This document shows, piece after piece, positions 20,461-31,704 of a stretch of DNA of 64,000 nt. Every line of letters begins with the position of its first letter. Position 1 is the first letter of the stretch. The stretch covers positions 143,802 through 207,801 of the forward strand of contig JACJWR010000002.1 of assembly GCA_020637055.1 (NCBI GenBank), written 5' to 3'. This DNA is from Actinomycetota bacterium (lineage in GTDB: Bacteria; Actinomycetota; Actinomycetes; S36-B12; UBA10799). The notes under the pieces are model-generated. The model had not been told where the DNA came from, ran no database searches, and was given only the letters and a program-made list of their open reading frames with translations. The translations under genes were made by a program, and so were the position numbers.

Positions 20461-20850
20461 ATGACGGTGATGACGAGTCCTGCCGTGGAGTTGTTCGATG
20501 ACGCCGAGCTGGCTGCGTTGCGCGGTGAACTGGAATCGGAGGCGGCCGAGTTGCGCCGCGACATCTCCGACTCGGAGTCGGACATCGCCGGGTTGATCTC
20601 GGACTCCGGCGACGGTTCGGGCGACGACCTGGCCGACGTCGGATCGAAGACGTTCGAGCGCGAGCAGGACATGTTCCTGGTCGAGCAGGTGCGGGAGTCA
20701 CTTCGCCAGATCGAGCACGCGATCGGACGCATCGATGCCGGGACCTACGGTGTGTGCGAGGTCTGCGGCGAAGCCATCGGCCGATCCCGGCTCGAGGTCT
20801 ATCCCAGAGCCACGATGTGCATGGGGTGCAAGATCGCTGAGGGCGGCTGA
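20461..20850 (+). CDS. TraR/DksA-family C4 zinc-finger protein
   Basis: The C-terminus has [26 protein letters not shown] (CxxC-x17-CxxC) preceded by an acidic coiled region. The ATG at 20461 has GAAGGG upstream; an alternative ATG at 20404 is possible. Confidence 0.75.
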   Translation: MTVMTSPAVELFDDAELAALRGELESEAAELRRDISDSESDIAGLISDSGDGSGDDLADVGSKTFEREQDMFLVEQVRESLRQIEHAIGRIDAGTYGVCEVCGEAIGRSRLEVYPRATMCMGCKIAEGG

Positions 20851-21445
20851 CATCGGGGACGGGGAGGCTCGGGCGGCTTCGCCCGCGCGTCCGGGCGAAG
20901 CGCCGGTCCGGCGCAAGACAACCTACGTGGTGGTGATCGCCGCAGTCGTCGTGCTGCTGGTGGACCAGGTGACCAAGGTGTGGGCGGTGGCCCGCCTCGA
21001 AGGGGAGCCGCCGGTCGACGTCGTCGGCGGGGTGCTGCTGCTGACCTTCGTGCGCAACCCCGGTGCGGCGTTCTCGCTCGGGTCCGGGTCGACGATCTTC
21101 GTCAGCCTCATCGCACTGGTCATCGTGGCGGTGTTGATGTTTCGGGCGCGGAACTTGCGCTCGGTGTGGTGGGCAATCGCCATCGGCGGCATGATCGGTG
21201 GAGCGCTCGGAAATCTCACCGACCGGGTCTTCCGGGAACCCGGCGGGTTGAGCGGCCACGTCGTCGACTTCCTCGCCTTGCCGTTCTGGCCGGTGTTCAA
21301 CGTCGCGGACATGGCGGTCGTCGGCTCGGCGATCCTGATGATCGTCCTAGCGTTGCTGGGAGTCGACTTCGACGGCACCAGAGGTACGAAGTCGAACTCG
21401 ACCGACGCACGGGACACCGACTCGGCCCAGGGCGCCTCGGCGTGA
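20735..21445 (+). CDS. lspA: Lipoprotein signal peptidase (signal peptidase II)
   Basis: LspA motifs [15 protein letters not shown] and FNVADM, with four TM segments. The start is uncertain: the ATG at 20735 overlaps the preceding gene by 116 nt, and in-frame GTGs at 20927-20933 are alternatives. Confidence 0.85.
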   Translation: MPGPTVCARSAAKPSADPGSRSIPEPRCAWGARSLRAADIGDGEARAASPARPGEAPVRRKTTYVVVIAAVVVLLVDQVTKVWAVARLEGEPPVDVVGGVLLLTFVRNPGAAFSLGSGSTIFVSLIALVIVAVLMFRARNLRSVWWAIAIGGMIGGALGNLTDRVFREPGGLSGHVVDFLALPFWPVFNVADMAVVGSAILMIVLALLGVDFDGTRGTKSNSTDARDTDSAQGASA

Positions 21446-22380
21446 CCGCCCGGTATCTGCCGGTGCCGGATTCGCTTGCGGGGCAGCGGATCGACGTCGT
21501 GGTGGCGCGGATGCTGGGCCTTTCGCGGTCGGCTGCCGCCACGCTGGCGGATGAGGGGGCGGTGACCGTCGACGGCCGGACGGTCGTGAAGTCGCATCGG
21601 GTGGTCGAAGGCGGAACCATTCTGGTCGAATTGCCGGATCCCCACGCCCACGAGGTCGGCGTCGAGACGGCGGATGCCGCCGCGGTTCCCCTGACGATCG
21701 TCCACCTCGATGAAGACGTGGTGGTGGTGGACAAGCCCGTGGGGGTTGCCGCACACGCCAGCCCCGGTTGGGCCGGACCTACAGTGACCGCGAGTCTGGC
21801 CGCCCAGGGTATCTCCGTGGCACGAGTGGGGTCCGCCGAGCGGGAAGGCGTCGTGCACCGACTCGACGTCGGCACCAGCGGTCTGATGGTGGTGGCCCGA
21901 TCCGCTGCCGCCTACCGCAGTTTGAAGGAGCAATTCCGTGACCGGTCCGTGGAGAAGGTCTACCACGCACTGGTGCAGGGCCATCCCGATCCATCGAGCG
22001 GGACCATCGATGCCCCCATCGATCGCCACCCAACCGCCGACCACCGGTTCGCGGTGGTCTCCGGTGGCAAGCCGAGCATCACCCACTACGACACGGTTGA
22101 AGCGTTCCCGTACGCCACTCTGGTGGAGGTGCACCTGAAGACGGGACGCACCCATCAGATCCGGGTGCACTTCGCGGCCCTGCGCCATCCATGTTGCGGG
22201 GACCTCACCTACGGCGCCGACCCGGTGCTGGCCAAGAGGCTCGGCCTGCAGCGGCAATGGCTGCACGCGACTGAGTTGGAGTTCACCCATCCAGCCACCG
22301 GCGACCGGGTGAGGTTTGCGTCGGAGTACCCCGAGGACCTGGCCGAGGCGATCGAAGTGCTGCGGCGTCCGCTGACATAG
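21442..22380 (+). CDS. rluD: RluA/RluD-family 23S rRNA pseudouridine synthase
   Basis: N-terminal S4 domain ([30 protein letters not shown]), catalytic [14 protein letters not shown] and [11 protein letters not shown]. The GTG at 21442 overlaps the lspA TGA. Confidence 0.88.
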   Translation: MTARYLPVPDSLAGQRIDVVVARMLGLSRSAAATLADEGAVTVDGRTVVKSHRVVEGGTILVELPDPHAHEVGVETADAAAVPLTIVHLDEDVVVVDKPVGVAAHASPGWAGPTVTASLAAQGISVARVGSAEREGVVHRLDVGTSGLMVVARSAAAYRSLKEQFRDRSVEKVYHALVQGHPDPSSGTIDAPIDRHPTADHRFAVVSGGKPSITHYDTVEAFPYATLVEVHLKTGRTHQIRVHFAALRHPCCGDLTYGADPVLAKRLGLQRQWLHATELEFTHPATGDRVRFASEYPEDLAEAIEVLRRPLT

Positions 22381-22565
22381 CCACTCCGGCACCCCAGGCG
22401 CGGCGAAGGCATCCCATTGCATTGTGCTGGGCGAGGGCCCTAGGCAGAATGCACGGGTTTGGGGTAGAAACGCGGGGGGAAGTCGGGCCCTATCGTGCAC
22501 AAAGTCCCGCAAGTCCGACTCGCCGCGCCCGGCACGACCCCCAATCGCCCACTTTGGCCGCAGTT

Positions 22566-23624
22566 ATGCACATCCGGAGGTCGGACTCTTCCCGCGGCAC
22601 CCGCTCGACGGGCAGTCTCCAGCCATGGCACGACCACGATGGCGCCCGCCGGAGGTGCCCTTCACCCGATCTGCCGCCGGGGTGCCCCCCCAAGACCCTG
22701 GCCGCCTCCATCCGGCGGGGTGAGACCGAAGTCCTCATCCGCGGGGTTTTCATCGCCACGTCGGCGCTTCCGGTTGACCCCGTTGAGCACCACGGCCTGC
22801 TGGCATTGGCCCACCAGTTGCGCAATCCGAATCTGGTGGCCAGCCACGAGACAGCAGCGCTTGCGCACCGTCTTCCGTTGTCGCACACACTTGAGGCCGC
22901 AGCACGGCAGCCAAGGTTCACCAGGCCACCGGTCGGCTTGGCGAGGGGATCGCGGGAGCCGCGGGTGCTGGTCCGCGTCCTGCCGGCGGATGCCATCGTC
23001 ACCCGTGACGGAGGCCTGCTCGCGGGCGTGCGGCTCACCGGTCCCGCCCGCACGGCGCTGGACCTCGCAGCTGAACGTCCCCTTCCGGAGGCGCTGATGC
23101 TCACCGATGCCGTGGCCCGATCAACCTTGGCTGCGTTCCGCGGTGGCCTCGCCGGGTTGGGTGATGATCAACTCTCGCACGCTGCCCGGGCGGCTGCCTG
23201 TAGGCCTCTTTATCAAGCCATCGCCTGCCCGGTCCACGAGCGGGTGTCCGTGGCGCAAGCGCTTGAGCACACCGAACCACTGCGGGAATCCCCGTCGGAG
23301 TCGCTGTCCTTCGGCCACATCGTGGCGGCGGGCTTACCGGCACCGCGCTGCCAAGTACGCCTGGAGACCAATCGCGGGGTGGTTCGGGTGGACTTCTACT
23401 GGGAGGAGTTCGACCTGATAGGTGAGTGCGACGGGCGCATCAAGTACGACGGAAGCCTCGGTGACGCCAGCGAGGCGATGGTGCACCAAAGCGCTCGAGA
23501 GCAGGCGCTTCGCGACCGAGGCCACGGCGTTGTGCGGTGGTCGGCGGCGGCGATGGCGTACCGGCCGGAGATTGTCGTCGATGAGGTGGCGGCCCGACTG
23601 CGGAGCCGGGGTTGGTGCGGTTGA
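22566..23624 (+). CDS. Hypothetical protein, AbiEi-antitoxin-like N-terminus with DUF559/restriction-endonuclease-like C-terminus
   Basis: …IRRGETEVLIRGVFIA… matches the common actinobacterial 'RRGELVRVRRGVY' N-terminal pattern. The C-terminus …VRVDFYWEEFDLIGECDGRIKYDG… resembles the DUF559/Vsr-like core. The family assignment is from memory, not a search. Confidence 0.5.
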   Translation: MHIRRSDSSRGTRSTGSLQPWHDHDGARRRCPSPDLPPGCPPKTLAASIRRGETEVLIRGVFIATSALPVDPVEHHGLLALAHQLRNPNLVASHETAALAHRLPLSHTLEAAARQPRFTRPPVGLARGSREPRVLVRVLPADAIVTRDGGLLAGVRLTGPARTALDLAAERPLPEALMLTDAVARSTLAAFRGGLAGLGDDQLSHAARAAACRPLYQAIACPVHERVSVAQALEHTEPLRESPSESLSFGHIVAAGLPAPRCQVRLETNRGVVRVDFYWEEFDLIGECDGRIKYDGSLGDASEAMVHQSAREQALRDRGHGVVRWSAAAMAYRPEIVVDEVAARLRSRGWCG

Positions 23625-23722
23625 GCATGGCATCGGCTCGCCCGACGCGACTCCCGAAGCCGCTCCGCGAGGATGCACCGGCCCGGTCGAATCGTGTGGC
23701 CGAGTGAACGAGCGGCTGGCGG

Positions 23723-24694
23723 TCAACTGTGGATGTGACCCAGTTCCCGTACTTGTCCGTAGACGTCGTGCACCATCTCGAGCACCTTCTCCGGAAACTC
23801 CAGCGGCAACATGTGGGTGCCGTGCAACAGGTGTACGGCAGCGTGCGGGATCCGCTCGGCGAAGGCCATGATGTCGCGCGCGGAGGTCATCACGTCGAAT
23901 CCGCCGGCCGCCACGGTGACGGGCACCTCGACGAAGGCGGGGTCGAGCGCTTCGTGTTTGGCTGCCGCCACCCCGAGCGTGAAGTACCAGTGGAAGTCGT
24001 GTTCCAGGAAGGCCTTGATCCAGGGCACCGTGTGGTCGGGGTTCGAGTGCGGCATCATGAACCCGCTCCAGCGCAGCACTTCGGCGAATGGTCGACCCTT
24101 GGGCACGGTGCGCGCGAGTGCGGTCAGCGGTGCGCCGAAGAGCCGCCCACCCTGCACAACGCCCATGGCGACGTGACGGCGCAGCGGTTTGGGCACCATC
24201 AGGCTGGCGAAGCCGGATTCGAAGGTGCCGCCGGGCACACCCGCCAGGGCGACGATTCCGGCCACCCGGTCCTGATCCCGGTTGGCCATCTCGAAGGCGA
24301 CGTTGACCCCGATCGACCAGCCCACCACGACCGCCCGATCCCACCCCATCACGTCCATCAGGGCGAAAGCGTCGTCGACATGGTCGGGCACCCCGATCCG
24401 CTCCGGGTCGGACGGCTTGTCGGAGCCGAGTCCACCGCGGTGGTTCCAGCCGGCGACGTGGTAGTCCGGTTCGTCGCTGAGCAGCGTGGGCCACGCCTCC
24501 GGTGGTGTGCCGAGGCCGTTGGCAATGAGCAGGGGGGGTTTGTCGTCGGCGTCGTTGGTCCAACCGACCAGTGACGTGCCGTCGGCACCCTGGAACCGGA
24601 AACGGCGATAGTTCAGCTGCGGCTCCATGGCGACCATTGTGAACATCGCGGTTCCGGGGGCGCTGCTGCGGGTGCCACGAATGGCCGGTGACAC
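23723..24694 (-). CDS. Alpha/beta-fold hydrolase
   Basis: Nucleophile elbow G-W-S-I-G (VVVGWSIGVNVAF), an HG-type oxyanion region (LLIANGLG) and C-terminal His (HGTHMLPLEFPE). The start is uncertain (ATG 24694, 24646 or further downstream). Confidence 0.75.
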   Translation of the reverse strand: MSPAIRGTRSSAPGTAMFTMVAMEPQLNYRRFRFQGADGTSLVGWTNDADDKPPLLIANGLGTPPEAWPTLLSDEPDYHVAGWNHRGGLGSDKPSDPERIGVPDHVDDAFALMDVMGWDRAVVVGWSIGVNVAFEMANRDQDRVAGIVALAGVPGGTFESGFASLMVPKPLRRHVAMGVVQGGRLFGAPLTALARTVPKGRPFAEVLRWSGFMMPHSNPDHTVPWIKAFLEHDFHWYFTLGVAAAKHEALDPAFVEVPVTVAAGGFDVMTSARDIMAFAERIPHAAVHLLHGTHMLPLEFPEKVLEMVHDVYGQVRELGHIHS

Positions 24695-24764
24695 CCCCGG
24701 CGACCCGATCGGAGCCGGCCGACGTCAGCATTGCTGCGAACGCCACGCCGACTAGGCTGGCGTC

Positions 24765-26438
24765 ATGGCAGACATGAAGCCCCGCAGCAAGGACGTCACC
24801 GAGGGACTCGAGCGAGCGGCCGCACGCGGCATGCTGCGCGCGGTCGGCATGACCGATGCCGACTGGCCCAAGCCACAGATCGGTATCGCGTCCAGTTGGA
24901 ACGAGATCACGCCGTGCAATCTCAGTCTGGAACGGCTGGCCAAGGCAGCCAAGGAGGGCGTGCACGCGGCCGGCGGTTTCCCGATGCAGTTCGGCACGAT
25001 CAGCGTGTCCGACGGTATCTCGATGGGCCACGAGGGCATGCACTTCTCGTTGGTCAGCCGAGAGATCATCGCCGACTCGGTGGAGGCTGTGATGCAGGCC
25101 GAACGCCTCGACGGCATGGTCACGTTCGCAGGTTGCGACAAGTCCCTGCCTGGGATGCTCATGGCGGCCGCACGGCTCGACGTGGCGAGCGTCTTCGTCT
25201 ACGCCGGATCGATCCTGCCCGGCCGTCTCGGTGATCGGGACGTCACCATCATCGACGCCTTCGAGGCGGTCGGCGCGTGCGCGCGCGGCTTGATCACCCG
25301 GGACGAGGTAGATGCGGTTGAGCGCGCCATCTGCCCGGGCGAAGGTGCCTGCGGTGGCATGTACACCGCCAACACCATGGCCAGCGCTGCGGAGGCCATG
25401 GGCATGTCGCTGCCCGGCTCGGCCGCCCCGCCTGCGGTGGATCGTCGTCGCGACGGCATCTCCCGAGCCTCCGGCGCGGCCGTCGTCGAATTGATCCGCC
25501 AGGGCATCACCGCCCGCGACATCATCACCCGGCGGTCGCTGCTGAACGCCATCGCGGTGGTGATGGCCTTCGGCGGATCGACCAACGCGGTGCTGCATCT
25601 GCTCGCCATCGCCCACGAAGCCGACGTCGAGCTGAGCATGGACGACTTCCATCGGGTCGGCTCCAAGGTCCCGCTGCTCGCCGACGTCAAGCCCTTCGGC
25701 CGTTATGTCATGAGCGATGTGGACCGGGTCGGCGGCGTGCCCGTGGTGATGCGGGCGCTGCTCGACGCCGGATTGATCGACGGCGATTGCCTGACGGTGA
25801 CGGGCAAGACGGTGGCTGAGAACCTGGCCGACATCGACTCGCCAGATCCGGACGGCGACATCCTGCGCGCCATGAGTGCCCCGCTTGACCTGCACGGTGG
25901 CATCACCATCCTCGGTGGCAGCCTGGCCCCCGAGGGTGCGGTGTGCAAGAACGCCGGCGTGCCGGTGCAGCATTTCGAAGGCCGGGCGCGGGTGTTCGAA
26001 CGCGAACAGGCTGCGATGGCGGCGCTGGAGGACGGAACCATCACCGCCGGCGACGTCGTGGTGATCCGTTGGGAAGGGCCCAAGGGCGGTCCCGGGATGC
26101 GCGAGATGCTCATGATCACCGGCGCGATCAAGGGCGCCGGGTTGGGCAAGGACGTGCTGCTCCTCACCGACGGCCGATTCTCCGGCGGCACCACTGGACT
26201 CTGCGTCGGCCACGTGGCGCCGGAAGCAGCCGATGGCGGCCCAATCGCGTTGGTGCACGACGGTGACCGGATCCGTATCGATCTCGAGGCCCGCACGCTC
26301 GACCTGCTGGTCGACGACGAGGAACTGGCACGGCGTCGGGCGGATTGGGAGGCGCTTCCGCCGCGGTACGAACGCGGCGTGCTGTCCAAGTACGCCAAAC
26401 TGGTGGGCTCGGCGTCGCGCGGGGCCGTCTGCGACTAG
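24765..26438 (+). CDS. ilvD: Dihydroxy-acid dehydratase
   Basis: IlvD/Edd family over the full length (…[10 protein letters not shown]…, CDKSLPGM, …[12 protein letters not shown]…, …[11 protein letters not shown]…). Confidence 0.95.
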   Translation: MADMKPRSKDVTEGLERAAARGMLRAVGMTDADWPKPQIGIASSWNEITPCNLSLERLAKAAKEGVHAAGGFPMQFGTISVSDGISMGHEGMHFSLVSREIIADSVEAVMQAERLDGMVTFAGCDKSLPGMLMAAARLDVASVFVYAGSILPGRLGDRDVTIIDAFEAVGACARGLITRDEVDAVERAICPGEGACGGMYTANTMASAAEAMGMSLPGSAAPPAVDRRRDGISRASGAAVVELIRQGITARDIITRRSLLNAIAVVMAFGGSTNAVLHLLAIAHEADVELSMDDFHRVGSKVPLLADVKPFGRYVMSDVDRVGGVPVVMRALLDAGLIDGDCLTVTGKTVAENLADIDSPDPDGDILRAMSAPLDLHGGITILGGSLAPEGAVCKNAGVPVQHFEGRARVFEREQAAMAALEDGTITAGDVVVIRWEGPKGGPGMREMLMITGAIKGAGLGKDVLLLTDGRFSGGTTGLCVGHVAPEAADGGPIALVHDGDRIRIDLEARTLDLLVDDEELARRRADWEALPPRYERGVLSKYAKLVGSASRGAVCD

Positions 26439-26461
26439 GCCACGCCCCCTCTACGCACCTC

Positions 26462-27424
26462 CTACGCAAACGCGACCGCTGGCGATGCCTTCTTGGCCAT
26501 CTCAGGCCACCGCAGGCCGCGGTAGCGGACGAAGAGGATCACCAAGGCGACGACATTGGCGAGCAGGAAGAACGGCGCTACGACTCCCATGGTGTTATCG
26601 CCAGCTGTGGTCGCCAGCGGCCCGATGAGCGCGAAGTCGTACAACCAGTGCAGGCAAATCACCAACACCAGATTGCCGCCGGAGGCGACGTAGATCACGC
26701 CGAAGGTGATGCCAGTCACCGAGGTCACGACCACCTGGATCACGGTGTCTCCGACAGGTGCGATCATCGCGTTGACTGAGTGCATGAGGCCGAACAGCAC
26801 GCCGGAGGCCAGCACCGCGACGACTACCGACGTTCGGGTGGCAATCGAGTTCAGCACGATGCCCCGGAACGCCGTCTCCTCGCCGATGCCGACAAGCAGG
26901 GTGCCGAAGAGGGCAACCCAGACCAGGGTCCACTCAGTTCCAGGTTCCGTGATCGGCACGACGACGCCGACCAGCGATATTGCGACAGGCACGATCAGCA
27001 ACAGCGATGGCCATCCCAGCCGCCAACTCCGGTGCACCCTGAGCCCCGATAGCCGGACGAGTGCAAACATGATCACGATGAGGATCGCCAGCACCCACCA
27101 CATGTCCCGAAGGACTTCGGCGGTGTCGTCGTAGGAGTTGTCCGTGACCAGCCAGGCCATGGCCATGCCGAAGGTGTAGATCGCCCAGGCGGCGATCGCC
27201 AGCGCCCAACCCGGGCGGATGACGCGACCGCGACCCGCGTCGGTCGAACCGGTCTGCTCAGGGGTGATGGTGCCGTCGTCGGCTCCAGCGGGGAGGTGGG
27301 TCACGGCCGATACGCTAGCCGGAACGAAGCCTCCGCGCACGAGCGTGGCCCTGTGAGTCGGGGACTGTCGGAACTGAATCGCTCCGTTGACGGCAGGCAT
27401 ACCCGCGTGTGGCCCTACTCCCAA
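26462..27424 (-). CDS. CPBP-family intramembrane glutamic endopeptidase (CAAX protease-like)
   Basis: Polytopic protein with CPBP motif 1 EExxxR (GEETAFRG) and motif 2 FxxxH (FGLMHS). The N-terminal ~60 codons and the start are uncertain. Confidence 0.7.
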   Translation of the reverse strand: MGVGPHAGMPAVNGAIQFRQSPTHRATLVRGGFVPASVSAVTHLPAGADDGTITPEQTGSTDAGRGRVIRPGWALAIAAWAIYTFGMAMAWLVTDNSYDDTAEVLRDMWWVLAILIVIMFALVRLSGLRVHRSWRLGWPSLLLIVPVAISLVGVVVPITEPGTEWTLVWVALFGTLLVGIGEETAFRGIVLNSIATRTSVVVAVLASGVLFGLMHSVNAMIAPVGDTVIQVVVTSVTGITFGVIYVASGGNLVLVICLHWLYDFALIGPLATTAGDNTMGVVAPFFLLANVVALVILFVRYRGLRWPEMAKKASPAVAFA

Positions 27425-27486
27425 CCGCAGGTGCGTCGTCAGGAGGGCACAGGTTGAGGTGACGCTGCCGGATCCGAGTGGCGCGG

Positions 27487-27858
27487 TCAGCGGTGCTGAT
27501 CGACCAGGATCGTGTTGCCATCGGGGTCAACCACCGTGAAACTCGCCGGCCCGCTTGAGTCCTCATCGGCCTCGGCGAGCAGCGTCAACCCGCGCTCCTT
27601 GCAGCTGCGTTGCAGATCCCGGACGTCGGTGTATTCGGGCAGCTCCTGGCCGTGTGAATCCCAACCGGGATTGAACGTGAGGATGTTGCCCTCAAACATC
27701 CCTTGGAACAGTCCGAGCACGGCGTCACCGTTGCGCAGCATCAGGTAGTTCATTTCAGCTCCGCCGCCGAACACTTCGAATCCGAGCGATTCATAGAAAC
27801 GGCGGGAGACCTCGAGGTCCCGAACGGCCAGACTGACGGAGAATGCGCCGAGATCCAT
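27487..27858 (-). CDS. VOC-family (glyoxalase/bleomycin-resistance fold) protein
   Basis: [29 protein letters not shown]… is a typical VOC beta-alpha-beta-beta-beta start. I use the ATG at 27858; the longer ORF to 27984 has an Arg-rich, non-protein-like N-terminus. Confidence 0.75.
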   Translation of the reverse strand: MDLGAFSVSLAVRDLEVSRRFYESLGFEVFGGGAEMNYLMLRNGDAVLGLFQGMFEGNILTFNPGWDSHGQELPEYTDVRDLQRSCKERGLTLLAEADEDSSGPASFTVVDPDGNTILVDQHR

Positions 27859-28012
27859 CGCAGTGCCTTCCGTTGTTCGTCGGGTGCGGCGAGCGTAGCC
27901 AGGGCTCGTCCCGGCAGGCAACCGGGCAAGCCCGCAGGGCCGGAATCGGCGGTCCCTCGTGGGGGTCGCAGATGCGCGTGCCAAGGGCCCGCGCTACTGT
28001 GTCCCCGTGGAC

Positions 28013-28045
28013 ATGATTCTCGTAGGCACCTCGCGCATCGGCTGA
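28013..28045 (+). promoter_or_regulatory. ilvB leader peptide [13 protein letters not shown] (or V-D-M-I-L-V… from GTG 28007)
   Basis: A tiny ORF about 55 nt upstream of ilvB contains consecutive Ile-Leu-Val codons (ATT CTC GTA; ATT and GTA look rare for this genome) plus a second Ile. It is followed by a terminator hairpin. Leader-peptide attenuation of ilvB(N)C is established in Corynebacterium and Streptomyces. Confidence 0.6.
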
Positions 28046-28065
28046 GCATTCCGCCGTTGCGCGAA

Positions 28066-28099
28066 CCCCTCCTCCCGTTGCGGGAACGAGGGGTTTTTT
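28066..28099 (+). terminator. Intrinsic terminator / attenuator hairpin of the ilvB leader
   Basis: CCCCTC-CT-CCCG-ttg-CGGG-AAC-GAGGGG followed by TTTTTT (28094-28099). The outer stem is 6 bp and the inner stem 4 bp, all G:C except one. The 3' arm GAGGGG also serves as the SD for the GTG at 28101. Confidence 0.7.
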
Positions 28100-28100
28100 C

Positions 28101-29903
28101 GTGACCACACCCAGCACCACCAACCCGCCCCACCGGAGCAGTGAGGACCAGATGACAGCCCCAGACAACGCGATGACCGGCGCCGCCAGCCTCGTCAAGG
28201 CATTGGAGAAGGTCGGGGTAGACACCGTATTCGGCATCCCTGGCGGTGCGATCCTGCCCGCGTACGACCCGATGATGGATTCGTCCAAGATCCGCCACAT
28301 CCTCGTCCGCCACGAGCAGGGCGCCGGACACGCGGCGGAGGGCTACGCGTCCGCGACGGGAAGGGTGGGGGTCTGCATGGCCACCTCCGGACCCGGTGCG
28401 ACCAACCTCGTCACCCCGCTCGCCGACGCCTACATGGATTCGGTGCCGATCGTGGCCATCACCGGGCAGGTGCCGAGCAAGGCCATCGGCACCGACGCGT
28501 TCCAGGAGGCCGACATCTCCGGCATCACGCAGCCGATCACCAAGCACAATTTCCTGGTGACCGACCCGGCCGACATCCCGCGGGCGGTCAAAGAAGCCTT
28601 CCATCTCGCCGAGACCGGCCGGCCCGGTCCCGTCCTGGTGGACATCAGCAAGGACGCGTTGCAGAGCACGACGACGTTCAACTGGCCCAAGGGCATCGAC
28701 ATGCCTGGCTACAAGCCGACCGTCAAGCCTCACTCCCGACAGATCCGCGACGCGGCTCGGATGATCATCGAGGCGAAGCGGCCGGTGCTCTACATCGGTG
28801 GCGGTGTGATCCGCTCCCGCGGTGCTTCGCAGCTCTACCAACTGGCGGAGATGACCGGCATCCCGGTGGTCACCACCCTGATGGCGCGGGGCGCGTTCCC
28901 GGACAGCCATCGGTTGAATCTGGGCATGCCCGGTATGCACGGCACCGTGCCGGCCGTGGCGGCGCTGCAGATGTCGGACCTGCTGATCGCCATCGGCACC
29001 CGATTCGACGACCGGGTGACCGGCAAGTTGGATTCCTTCGCGCCCGGGGCCAAGGTGATCCACGCCGACATCGATCCGGCCGAGATCGGCAAGAACCGCC
29101 GGGTGGATGTTCCGATCGTCGGCGATGCCCGCCTGGTGATGGCCGAACTGATCGACGTGCTCGCCGCCGAGCACGAGGCCGGTCGAATCGGCGACTACGG
29201 TGCTTGGTGGCGCACCCTGGAGGACCTTCAGGAGCGCTTCCCGCTGGGCTATGACCTTCCCGACGACGGCACCTTGTCACCCCAGTACGTCATCGAACGC
29301 CTCGGCAAGATCTCCGGTCCGGACTCACTGTTCGCCGCCGGCGTCGGTCAGCATCAGATGTGGGCCGCCCAGTTCATCGACTACGAGAACCCGGGCACCT
29401 GGCTGAATTCCGGGGGACTGGGCACGATGGGCTACGCCGTCCCAGCAGCCATGGGGGCCAAGGTCGGACGTCCGGACGCGACGGTCTGGGCGATCGACGG
29501 CGATGGCTGCTTCCAGATGACCAATCAGGAACTCGCCACCTGCACCATCAACGAGATCCCCATCAAGGTGGCAATCATCAACAACTCGTCGCTCGGCATG
29601 GTCCGGCAGTGGCAGACGCTGTTCTACAACGAGCGCTACTCCAACACCGACCTGCACAGCCACAGTTTCCCCGACTTCGTCAAACTGGCCGACGCCTACG
29701 GCTGCTACGGCTTCAACGTCGATTCGCCCGATCAGGTCGACGCCACCATCGAGAAGGCGTTGAGCCTCAACGACGCTCCCGTGGTGATCGACTTCCGGGT
29801 CCACCGCGACGCGATGGTGTGGCCGATGGTGCCGGCCGGCACGAGCAACGACGAAATCACCGTGGCCCGCGATCTCGCGCCGGCCTGGGACCGGATGGAG
29901 TAG
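28101..29903 (+). CDS. ilvB: Acetolactate synthase (acetohydroxy-acid synthase) large subunit
   Basis: ThDP enzyme over the full length (…[23 protein letters not shown]…, …[16 protein letters not shown]…IDGDGCFQM…). An alternative start is the ATG at 28152 (GAGGA upstream). Confidence 0.93.
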   Translation: MTTPSTTNPPHRSSEDQMTAPDNAMTGAASLVKALEKVGVDTVFGIPGGAILPAYDPMMDSSKIRHILVRHEQGAGHAAEGYASATGRVGVCMATSGPGATNLVTPLADAYMDSVPIVAITGQVPSKAIGTDAFQEADISGITQPITKHNFLVTDPADIPRAVKEAFHLAETGRPGPVLVDISKDALQSTTTFNWPKGIDMPGYKPTVKPHSRQIRDAARMIIEAKRPVLYIGGGVIRSRGASQLYQLAEMTGIPVVTTLMARGAFPDSHRLNLGMPGMHGTVPAVAALQMSDLLIAIGTRFDDRVTGKLDSFAPGAKVIHADIDPAEIGKNRRVDVPIVGDARLVMAELIDVLAAEHEAGRIGDYGAWWRTLEDLQERFPLGYDLPDDGTLSPQYVIERLGKISGPDSLFAAGVGQHQMWAAQFIDYENPGTWLNSGGLGTMGYAVPAAMGAKVGRPDATVWAIDGDGCFQMTNQELATCTINEIPIKVAIINNSSLGMVRQWQTLFYNERYSNTDLHSHSFPDFVKLADAYGCYGFNVDSPDQVDATIEKALSLNDAPVVIDFRVHRDAMVWPMVPAGTSNDEITVARDLAPAWDRME

Positions 29904-29913
29904 GAGAGAGTTG

Positions 29914-30432
29914 ATGAACACCACCACCCTGAGCGTCCTGGTGGAGAACAAGCCAGGCGTGCTCGCCCGGATCGCGGGCCTGTTCAGCCGACGTGGATTC
30001 AATATCGAGTCCCTGGCCGTGGGCCCCACCGAAGACCCCGACATCTCGCGCATGACCATCGTGGTGTCGGTCGCGTCGCTGCCGCTGGAGCAGGTGACCA
30101 AGCAACTCAACAAGCTGGTCAACGTCATCAAGATCGTTGAACTGGACTCGAGCAGTTCGGTGCAGCGGGAGTTGGTGTTCGTGAAGGTGCGGGCCAACGC
30201 CACCACCCGATCGGATGTGCTTGAGATCGCCCAGATGTTCCGCGCCCGCATCGTGGACGTCGCCCCGGAGTCGCTGACGATCGAGTCGACCGGAACGCGG
30301 GACAAGCTCGACGCCCTGCTGGAAATGCTCAGTGCGCACGGGATCCTCGAACTCGCGCAGTCCGGGATTGTCGCGCTCGGCCGGGGCACCAGGAGCATCA
30401 CCGATTCCAGGCCCCGCTCGTTGTCCGCCTGA
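29914..30432 (+). CDS. ilvN: Acetolactate synthase small (regulatory) subunit
   Basis: N-terminal ACT domain (TLSVLVENKPGVLARIAGLFSRRGFNIESLAVG). GGAGAGAG lies upstream of the ATG at 29914; the ORF-track start TTG 29911 is one codon earlier. Confidence 0.92.
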   Translation: MNTTTLSVLVENKPGVLARIAGLFSRRGFNIESLAVGPTEDPDISRMTIVVSVASLPLEQVTKQLNKLVNVIKIVELDSSSSVQRELVFVKVRANATTRSDVLEIAQMFRARIVDVAPESLTIESTGTRDKLDALLEMLSAHGILELAQSGIVALGRGTRSITDSRPRSLSA

Positions 30433-30512
30433 AGCGACCGAATCCGTCTGCGCGGATCATCTGACCGTGTCCGGTCTGACCGGGCACGGGTGATGGTTCG
30501 CCGGCTCGATGA

Positions 30513-31640
<1,128 letters not shown>

Positions 31641-31704
31641 CGGTGCGCCAACACCGACCCGTCATGAGGTGGCCGCGAGGTAGGCCGGCGTCCGGATCGC
31701 GGAC

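Noticed and set aside
22566-23624. AbiEi-like gene as part of an abortive-infection/toxin-antitoxin system
   Set aside because: No AbiEii nucleotidyltransferase or other toxin candidate is adjacent on either side. It is called only as a solo hypothetical gene.
23334-26258. 974-aa minus-strand ORF spanning the hydrolase/ilvD region
   Set aside because: It runs antisense to ilvD and out of frame over the hydrolase. It has the same Arg/Gly/His-rich composition artefact. The sense-strand genes have clear family signatures.
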